NCBI GenBank assembly: GCA_037381445.1
Contig: JARRQT010000164.1
Location: forward strand, 1-14,081
Origin: Calditrichia bacterium
GTDB lineage: Bacteria > Calditrichota > Calditrichia > RBG-13-44-9
Direction: 5' to 3'
DNA length: 14,081 nt
Below, piece by piece: positions 7,377 to 14,081 of the stretch. Under the pieces are notes generated by a model. That model saw nothing but the letters and a program-made list of their open reading frames with translations, was not told the DNA's origin and did not search any database. The translations under genes were made by a program, and so were the position numbers. Every line of letters starts with the position of its first letter. Position 1 is the stretch's first letter.

Positions 7377-8846
7377 CTATTTATTGGTAAAAACCAGTTT
7401 TATCAGATTGAACAGATTTTTCTTATCGAGAATAAATAATCCAATAAGATAAATTCCTCCAGACAACAAAGAAATTATAATAAATTTGAGGAGGACTTGA
7501 TGATCAAAATTGACGATTTTTAAAGACAAGGTCGATTGTATTATCAAGAACAAAATTCCTGTGGATATCAGTGGAACCTTGAACTGGTCTGCTACAGCAT
7601 TCAAAGATATGCGCATCCATTTAAAGACCGCAACTTGACCATAAAAATAAATAAGCGCATAAATTATCGCAAATGCCGCTAAAACAGCAGTCATCCCGAA
7701 TTGAGCCAGAAAGATAATAACAGGAAAAAGAAAAAGCGTCATAAGAAAATTCAGACGCAGCTCGAACTGAGGACGACCTGAAGATAAACATATTACACTG
7801 ATGCCCGTCCAGAGGGATCGGATGAAACCGACCGCACAAAGAATTTTTATGAATGGAATAACTGCTAGCCACTTCTCTCCATAAAAGATCAATACAAAAG
7901 GTTTTGCCAGAAGAAATAGTAATGCAAAAAAGGGCAGTACAGTAAGCAATAACACAAACATTGACTTCAGCAGCATGATTTCATATTCCACTGGTTTTTT
8001 CTGCAATTTTGAAAGAACAGGGTACATTACTTTCATGATGTTTTTGGCAATCCGTTGAGTCGGCAAATCTATCACCTGATAGGCGAGCGCAAAAAAACCA
8101 AGGGCGACACTTCCGAAAAATTTATTTATGAGGACGTTAAGCAGGTTCAAATTTAAAAAATTAAATAAGCGGGTACCAAAAACGCTTCCAGTAAAATTAA
8201 ATAGATCTTTCACAACCATAATAGAAAAATTAAATCTCGGTTTCCAGCCTGCATACCCCCATAGAAAAATTGCCAAAAGAATCTGTTCCGCAAACACCCC
8301 ATAAACAAAGCACCACACATTTTGAAGCCATATGGCAAATATTATTGTGACTATGCCATAACCGAAAGAAGAGAAAAGATCGGCAACCGACAATTCCTTA
8401 AACTTTAGATTGCGGTTTAATATCACCCGGGGAAGCACATTGACGGCGCTTATGGGGATCACAAATGACAGTGCTTTCAGAAGCGGAGAAATATCAGAAT
8501 TGCCTAACAGAATGGCAAAAACCTCTGGCTTCAGAAACAATGGCACCCAGATAAGCAATGAAACAAAAAACAAAAAAGTAAAAGAAAAATGAAAATGCTG
8601 TTCATTAATTTCCATTTTTTGAATGAGAGTGGAAGCCAGGCCCAGATCAATAAATAGTTGAACAAATTTTACAAGAATTAAAGCCAGGGTGATCAGACCA
8701 AAATCTTCCGGAGTGAGTAATCTCGCTAAACCGATAGTCACAGCAAATTGGAAGATTCTGATGAAAAATTCCGCCATCCCCGCCCATTTTACACCCGAAA
8801 TGGTGGATTTTTTATAAAATTCATAATCCTGCCCATTCACACTCAT
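7377..8846 (-). CDS. wzx: Wzx-type polysaccharide/oligosaccharide flippase (PST/MOP family, 'lipopolysaccharide biosynthesis protein')
   Basis: 489 aa with many hydrophobic segments; family-typical KKSTISGVKW, LARLLTPEDFGL, DLGLASTLIQK, LNRNLKFK, WKPRFNFS, VMYPVLSKLQ, FYGEKW and GRP motifs. Confidence 0.9.
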   Translation of the reverse strand: MSVNGQDYEFYKKSTISGVKWAGMAEFFIRIFQFAVTIGLARLLTPEDFGLITLALILVKFVQLFIDLGLASTLIQKMEINEQHFHFSFTFLFFVSLLIWVPLFLKPEVFAILLGNSDISPLLKALSFVIPISAVNVLPRVILNRNLKFKELSVADLFSSFGYGIVTIIFAIWLQNVWCFVYGVFAEQILLAIFLWGYAGWKPRFNFSIMVVKDLFNFTGSVFGTRLFNFLNLNLLNVLINKFFGSVALGFFALAYQVIDLPTQRIAKNIMKVMYPVLSKLQKKPVEYEIMLLKSMFVLLLTVLPFFALLFLLAKPFVLIFYGEKWLAVIPFIKILCAVGFIRSLWTGISVICLSSGRPQFELRLNFLMTLFLFPVIIFLAQFGMTAVLAAFAIIYALIYFYGQVAVFKWMRISLNAVADQFKVPLISTGILFLIIQSTLSLKIVNFDHQVLLKFIIISLLSGGIYLIGLFILDKKNLFNLIKLVFTNK

Positions 8847-9493
8847 GTTGCGGCTTTTCCCCTGAGGATAAAGAAATGATGTCCGGCGAATTCTCGCCCC
8901 CGGTATTCTTCAACCAGGTTTTCCACTCCGAGGACATCATGAATGAGTTGCTTTTTTGTCACCGGTTTCCCATTATTTTTTATGCCAATCTCCCAATGAT
9001 GACCTGAACCCAGAGTAGTCCGGTTTCTCAGAATTCTCGGGAACGAAAGGGTCAGGTTCAGTGGTGTAAAAAGCAACCAGAATATATTTAATTTTAATTG
9101 AAAAAAGAAATTGGCATCAGGAACTGAAATGATGAGATCATGCCTCACCTGTCCGAGCAGGTTGTCGATCACCGTGGCTATTTTCTCCCAGGGAATATGC
9201 TCAAGCACTTCAAAACACAGCGCAACATCGTATGTTTCCGGCAGGACAAATTCAGGACTGCTAATATCTGCAATGAAATCCGGTTGCAGATTCGGGTCAA
9301 TATCCACCGATTTAATTCGCATACTATAATAGGCGCTAAGCACATGAGATAAATATCCGTTACCTTTTCCTACTTCCAGGATACTATCTTTGGCTTCACT
9401 CCACCGGGCGACTGCATTAATCTGGTCTATATAAGCCTGCAGCCGCTCACGACGCATGTACGCACAGTTATAATAATGTTTTTTATTTTCCAT
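8843..9493 (-). CDS. Class I SAM-dependent methyltransferase
   Basis: Motif I SILEVGKGNG, acidic SVDID, ADI, YDVALCFEVLEHI, IISVP and HHWEIG. Stop overlaps the flippase start (ATGA, 8846-8843). Confidence 0.88.
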   Translation of the reverse strand: MENKKHYYNCAYMRRERLQAYIDQINAVARWSEAKDSILEVGKGNGYLSHVLSAYYSMRIKSVDIDPNLQPDFIADISSPEFVLPETYDVALCFEVLEHIPWEKIATVIDNLLGQVRHDLIISVPDANFFFQLKLNIFWLLFTPLNLTLSFPRILRNRTTLGSGHHWEIGIKNNGKPVTKKQLIHDVLGVENLVEEYRGREFAGHHFFILRGKAAT

Positions 9494-9496
9494 ACC

Positions 9497-10819
9497 TTAA
9501 CAGAAATTTTCAAGAAATTTTAATAGCTTTGTTGGCTCCCAGGTCGCCCGTAGTTCTTTGCTCATTTTACGGGCGTTTTCCCTATAACCCTGATCGGCCA
9601 TTAGTTTATCAAAAACCGTTCCGAAAAAGTCTTTTGTCAAACCAAATCGGAAGCCGCCCGCCATCGTAAAGTGCCCATAATTGTATCTAAACCGAACCGT
9701 TTGCAAAGGTCGCTGCGCTACTGAAAGTACCTCACCTGTCCCCAGCCGATGCAGGCGATGGCCATTGCCCTCTTGCTCCGTATGAAAGGGAACAATGATG
9801 GAAGGGACGCCCCACCACAAAGATTCCATTGTGGTTCCATAGCCGCCGTGGTGAATAATCAGATCCAGATTTGGGAAAATGGTGGAGGATTCGATCCAGC
9901 GAAAGGCCTGAACATTTGGCCAACGATTGCCTTGCATCGTTTCTACCAGCACACCGTAGGGATCAGAAATAATTATTTGAAAATCCTTTTGGTCAAGCGC
10001 ATCCAATAGAAATTCATAATATTGCTTGATATGAGCTTTCCAGGCGCCTCCGCCAATGGTCACATAAACTTTTTTGGTGTGATTCTTTGGATCTATATTC
10101 AGAAGGCGATCATCATAAAATGAGCCGGCCTCGTACCCATAAAAGAGGTGCGGAACTGATGTTTTTACAGGTTCAACCGCTTCGGTCCCGGGGATGAGGT
10201 AGCCATCTCCTTTCAGCAGCCTGCTGCCTTCTTTCGGCGGAATTTCCCCGACCTCCTCGAACAATGATTCGAACACCTTCACAGATTCCGGCGGAATCAA
10301 ATTGCTATCAGGCTCCTTCCACCAGATAAACTGAGGATCCTCAGGAAAAACAAAGTAACGAACCACTTGAATCACCGGAATATTCATTTTCTTTCCCAAG
10401 AGGTAAGTCAATAAATGACCGTCACCAATTAAAATGTCCGGTTTCCAACGCTGTATTACCTTTGCCAATCCGGTGTACCTTCTTTTGGCAATCCCAGGTG
10501 TAAAATAACCATCGCGAAGCACCTGGTAGTTCAGACTGTTAAATTCCCAGAAATAGGGTGCGCTCCCCAAGCCTGTCTCGGGAAAATGATGCACGGGAGA
10601 AAATTTCGAGCGAAACAAGGTATAAATGTGGTCTTGTACTAATGATACTGGGAATGACAGGAATTCCGTCGGCAGATATTTTTTCGTCTTTTTATTATGA
10701 AGAATAAATCCGATATGCCATCCCTTTTTCTTAAGCACTTTTGCAATCTGAACAGTCCGCCGGATGTGCCCCAGGCCACCACCGATATCATTCGCCAGAA
10801 ATAAAACTTTTTTACTCAT
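9497..10819 (-). CDS. GT-B glycosyltransferase, GT1/GT28-like (UDP-glycosyltransferase/MGT type)
   Basis: N-terminal KVLFLANDIGGGLGHIRR, WKPDILIGD, VYVTIGG and the nucleotide-sugar signature DLIIHHGGYGTTMESLWWGVPSIIVPFHTEQEGN; C-terminal YRENARKM. Start is ATG 10819 or TTG 10825. Confidence 0.9.
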   Translation of the reverse strand: MSKKVLFLANDIGGGLGHIRRTVQIAKVLKKKGWHIGFILHNKKTKKYLPTEFLSFPVSLVQDHIYTLFRSKFSPVHHFPETGLGSAPYFWEFNSLNYQVLRDGYFTPGIAKRRYTGLAKVIQRWKPDILIGDGHLLTYLLGKKMNIPVIQVVRYFVFPEDPQFIWWKEPDSNLIPPESVKVFESLFEEVGEIPPKEGSRLLKGDGYLIPGTEAVEPVKTSVPHLFYGYEAGSFYDDRLLNIDPKNHTKKVYVTIGGGAWKAHIKQYYEFLLDALDQKDFQIIISDPYGVLVETMQGNRWPNVQAFRWIESSTIFPNLDLIIHHGGYGTTMESLWWGVPSIIVPFHTEQEGNGHRLHRLGTGEVLSVAQRPLQTVRFRYNYGHFTMAGGFRFGLTKDFFGTVFDKLMADQGYRENARKMSKELRATWEPTKLLKFLENFC

Positions 10820-10828
10820 CTGCAAACC

Positions 10829-13303
10829 CTATCTATTGCTTTTTGAAATTTGGACAATGCCATTAGTCCCATCCACAAGAACATGATCTCCGGTCTCAAT
10901 CTTTGAAAGAGCATCCGTAACCGATGCCACCATCGGAATTCCATATTCCCTGGCAATTATAGCACTATGTGATAATGCCCCACCAATTTCTGTTATTATA
11001 CCCTTTGCCAACAAAAAAAGTGGGGTCCAGCCCGGATTCGCAGCGTGAGTCACCAGGATTTCGCCCGGCTGTAAATCGTTACTCTCTTCAAAGGTTCGCA
11101 AAACCCTGGCGGGCCCTTCTGACTGGCCTGTGCTGCAAGATATTCCACCCAGGGTACCATTTTTTAAAACCTGCTGCAGGTTTTCGGAACGGATTTCCCC
11201 ATCATATTCAATCAGACGATAAGGATGAGGCATCTTTTTGCATCCTTCAAAAAATTTATGTCGTTTCTTAACAACGGATCTCCAATACTCCGGTTTCTCC
11301 CTGAGCAACGCTCTCTGCAACGAGAGAATTTCGCCTATTTTTAAAAAATAAATATCGCCGCCATTGACTATAATACTATTTTTTTCAAGCCGATCCGCCA
11401 CTTGCAGCAATTTTTTCTTTAGCTGAAAATGTGTTCGGATAAAGAGTTGTTTCAGGTTTTCTCTGTTGCGGTTGAATTTTTTCACCCACCGGACCAGGCC
11501 ATAAACAAACCAATGCATTAAATACGACTGATGGAATCGGATTTCGGTATTACTGACATCTACCATTAAATTTTCCGAAACAAATTCAGATTGTTCTTGT
11601 TGACCCCGGTGGATTAGCTTGAAAATTACCCACAGCAATTTATCACTCTCTTCCACCCAACGCGGGTAGGATAGTTCAAATTCCTGGTCTGACATAAAAC
11701 CGTATTTTTCCAAAAAGTCAGCATAGAATCCAAGCAAAATCTTATTCGTTTTTACGAGTTCAACAAAGGAAGCCGCATCAGGGGCAATCAGGTTATTACG
11801 GTTCATGCTCTCTCTCATCCGGTTTGCCAGGCTCGTCAGAGCAATTCCGCTCCGCGCAGACGTTGTTTCACCAATATCCGACACCGCTTTTTCCGCGGAA
11901 ACACCTTCCCCATAAGGCTTCAATTTCGATAAAACTCCATGTAGTATTTGAAAAAATATTTCACCAATAAATGTATTAGCAACATGAAGGCGCATCAACC
12001 TGGTTTCTATATGGATAATATTTTCTATTTCCCTGCCAACATCCACAGGATCTTCCGCACTACCGGAATTATCGATTGAGAATCGATAGATCATTCTTTT
12101 AGAACAAAATGGCAACCAAATGCTCAAAACGAATAATCGTACCATAATATGCAGACTGTGTCCCAGCGATCTAATGGTATTGATTAAATTACTTTTAAGC
12201 CGCCTTTGTTTTCGGTAACCGGAAGGGAAAAAACTATCCACCGTCCTGCTAAACAGAGAGTGATTAAAATACACTTTTCCATGAATTTTCTTAAATATTT
12301 TTACACGCCAGGGCATTCCGATTCCCAATTTTTTGAATATCCACCGGAAACTGTTATTTGTCATAGAATCCAACACACTCCAGCTCAGAGGCGTGACAAT
12401 TGACGGTAATACTTCACCAGCATTTTCATCAGTCCATATGTTTATATCGTCATATTGAAGACCCGTAACCGGCCTGACCTGAAGTATCCACACGCATTTT
12501 CCATCGTACGCCCATTCGACATCCACCGGATAATGCAGAGAATCTTCCAACTGAAGGACTCTCTGGAAAAGCTGGCTCAAGTAAGAATCCGGACTGATTG
12601 AATTCTTAGCTGCTTCTTTATAAAGAGAATGGATCACAGGGGTTACATCACCTCCCACCAGCGCTTCCCCTCCAGCTTGCGTTTCCTCGATATACACCAG
12701 CTCCGGATCGTTCGCAGCAGGATGAATGCTAAACGCCACGCCAGATTTCTGTGCAGGCACCATTTCCTGAACCAACACCCCTATCGAGAACATATATTTT
12801 TGTGACTGTTGCTGCAGAAGATACCGAAACACTCTTTCGCTAAATAGCGACGACCACACCATTTTTACTGCGTTCAGTATATCCTCCTGAGAATTGGAAA
12901 CATTCAGTCTGGTTTCCAGCAGCCCGGCGAAGGAGCGTTGAAATCCATCCTCTGCAATCGCAGAAGAACGCACTGCCAGATGATTAGCCTTTAGTTTGGA
13001 CATGTCGTTGCTAATTTCGGCACTAATTTTATTTGGAAACACACCAACTTCTATTCCGTTTCGAACCTCTTCAAGCAACCTGAAAGGCGCATGTCCGGAC
13101 TTTAATTCCCTGAAAGCACTGCGAACCATGTCCTTCAATCTATTTGCAGAGCAAAAATCCGAGAATGCGGCTGTAGTTATGCAAAAACCCAGGGGAATAG
13201 CGAAGCGGTGATGCAGCAATCGGGAAAGCTGATATGTCTTTCCCCCGCAGCGTCTCAAAGAGCAGTTTTTATGAAGTGAAATGGTGTACCGTGGCATGAT
13301 CAA
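10829..13303 (-). CDS. PEP-synthase/PPDK-family dikinase with rifampin phosphotransferase/PigC-like domain order (ATP-grasp, substrate domain, C-terminal phospho-His swivel)
   Basis: ATP-grasp motifs GGK, AVRSSAIAEDG..SFAG, VLVQEMV, SGVAFS, GEALVGG, DVEWA and ILQVRPVT. Central WTDENAGEVLPSIVTPLSWS, EFELSYPRW and RENLK. C-terminal GEILVT..NPGWTPLF..GIITEIGGALSHSAIIAREYGIP (His codon 10969-10967). Start is TTG 13303 or ATG 13297. Confidence 0.9.
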   Translation of the reverse strand: MIMPRYTISLHKNCSLRRCGGKTYQLSRLLHHRFAIPLGFCITTAAFSDFCSANRLKDMVRSAFRELKSGHAPFRLLEEVRNGIEVGVFPNKISAEISNDMSKLKANHLAVRSSAIAEDGFQRSFAGLLETRLNVSNSQEDILNAVKMVWSSLFSERVFRYLLQQQSQKYMFSIGVLVQEMVPAQKSGVAFSIHPAANDPELVYIEETQAGGEALVGGDVTPVIHSLYKEAAKNSISPDSYLSQLFQRVLQLEDSLHYPVDVEWAYDGKCVWILQVRPVTGLQYDDINIWTDENAGEVLPSIVTPLSWSVLDSMTNNSFRWIFKKLGIGMPWRVKIFKKIHGKVYFNHSLFSRTVDSFFPSGYRKQRRLKSNLINTIRSLGHSLHIMVRLFVLSIWLPFCSKRMIYRFSIDNSGSAEDPVDVGREIENIIHIETRLMRLHVANTFIGEIFFQILHGVLSKLKPYGEGVSAEKAVSDIGETTSARSGIALTSLANRMRESMNRNNLIAPDAASFVELVKTNKILLGFYADFLEKYGFMSDQEFELSYPRWVEESDKLLWVIFKLIHRGQQEQSEFVSENLMVDVSNTEIRFHQSYLMHWFVYGLVRWVKKFNRNRENLKQLFIRTHFQLKKKLLQVADRLEKNSIIVNGGDIYFLKIGEILSLQRALLREKPEYWRSVVKKRHKFFEGCKKMPHPYRLIEYDGEIRSENLQQVLKNGTLGGISCSTGQSEGPARVLRTFEESNDLQPGEILVTHAANPGWTPLFLLAKGIITEIGGALSHSAIIAREYGIPMVASVTDALSKIETGDHVLVDGTNGIVQISKSNR

Positions 13304-14079
13304 TCGAACCTTATATATTCCAGCAAGCCCGAATAATTTTTATCCTGTTTGCCCTTCATGGTTATTTTGCTTCGTTCATAATGGACATTCGCCAATAGAT
13401 GGCTGAGTTTTCTGCCCCATCTGCTTTCATCCAGTCGATAAAAAACAAATTCGTGGATTTTGCGGAAAAATTTCCAATTCTCCGGTAATCTCGAAATCAG
13501 GAATGGGACTCTGTCAAATTGAAGATTTTCATGCAACTTCAACTTGCCAGATTCTCCAGGGATCTCAATTGCCCCATTTTCATCGCGAAACCGAACATCA
13601 GACATTTTCAAATTCACGCCGGCATGACTTGCCTTGAGAAGAGGCTGCACCAGGGAACCATCGTTGAACAAAAGCGATCCCCAGATGACTGCATTCTCCG
13701 GAGAGTAAATTCTTCCCCAATACCATTTTTTAAGTCGTTTATTTAAGGGGAAATTGCCTTCATTAAAATCCAGATAGCCTTCTCCATTAATTTTAATTTT
13801 CCGACCATTCATTTCAAGACTTCCGCTCACTATTGCTTTGGGCAAGAATACTTTCCAATTAAAATATTCATTATTGCTTTTAAAAAGCGGAGTGCTTGGA
13901 CATGATACATTTTGAAAAAGCGGTGCTAGCACTAGATCCAGAGAAATTTCCTGCTTGTCCAAAGCGACGAAGAACCTATCCGTCCGCTCAGTTAAACGTC
14001 CCCCTGAAATCTCGACTTCTACCGGTTTAGTTTGGAAATGACTTTCAGCCAATGGCTGGGTAAAGCCAAAATGGGATTT
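13300..14079 (-). CDS. CrtC/AttH-like (carotenoid 1,2-hydratase / tocopherol cyclase / lipocalin-like) fold protein, 5' partial
   Basis: Frame stays open to the window edge (KSHFGFTQPL upstream of the track start). WKVFLPKAIVSGSLEMNGRKIKINGEGYLDFNEG followed by KWYWGR resembles the W..P.a.v.G....G.GY.D.N.G / W.W.R pattern of this fold. Coding status is confident; function is tentative. Confidence 0.6.
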   Translation of the reverse strand, partial: KSHFGFTQPLAESHFQTKPVEVEISGGRLTERTDRFFVALDKQEISLDLVLAPLFQNVSCPSTPLFKSNNEYFNWKVFLPKAIVSGSLEMNGRKIKINGEGYLDFNEGNFPLNKRLKKWYWGRIYSPENAVIWGSLLFNDGSLVQPLLKASHAGVNLKMSDVRFRDENGAIEIPGESGKLKLHENLQFDRVPFLISRLPENWKFFRKIHEFVFYRLDESRWGRKLSHLLANVHYERSKITMKGKQDKNYSGLLEYIRFD

Positions 14080-14081
14080 TT

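Noticed and set aside
10829..13303. Annotation as ppsA/ppdK or as a rifampin resistance gene (rph)
   Set aside because: Domain order excludes PpsA/PPDK; architecture alone does not show rifampin specificity, and the context is biosynthetic.
8843..13303. Canonical O-methyl phosphoramidate (Cj1415-Cj1418) pathway
   Set aside because: No nucleotidyltransferase of that type, gamma-glutamyl hydrolase or adenylylsulfate-kinase-like gene in the window; the central domain looks more RPH/PigC-like. Cannot be fully excluded because the operon continues upstream.
6153..14081. Standard carotenoid cluster (crtC/crtX/crtF/crtY)
   Set aside because: No phytoene synthase or desaturase in view, and a dikinase and Wzx are not part of crt clusters.
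1..14081. CRISPR arrays, tRNA/rRNA, IS elements, nucleotide tandem repeats
   Set aside because: None seen by eye; almost all sequence is explained by coding regions and the spacers are under 200 nt.

Overview
Bacterial DNA, probably from an FCB-superphylum lineage (Calditrichota/KSB1/Ignavibacteria-like, inferred only from the style of the C-terminal sorting domain of one protein). The window opens with the 3' end of a sigma-54 (NtrC-family) activator on the + strand. Everything else lies on the - strand. In transcription order these are: a partial CrtC/AttH-like (carotenoid hydratase/tocopherol cyclase fold) protein, a rifampin-phosphotransferase/PigC-architecture dikinase, a GT1-like glycosyltransferase, a SAM methyltransferase, a Wzx-type flippase, a heavily decayed geranylgeranyl-reductase-family pseudogene, a 7-repeat FG-GAP protein with a T9SS-type C-terminal domain, a radical SAM/SPASM-twitch enzyme, an XrtA-type polysaccharide deacetylase and a GalT-like nucleotidyltransferase. 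The most interesting signal is the tightly coupled hydratase-like/dikinase/GT/MT/flippase/reductase operon, which I cannot match to a characterised pathway and which may make a phosphorylated, methylated glycolipid or glycan. Secondary signals are the multi-lesion pseudogene and an apparent loss of the signal peptide in the secreted protein. I saw no RNA genes, CRISPR arrays or mobile elements. All calls rest on motif recognition by eye; no searches were run.
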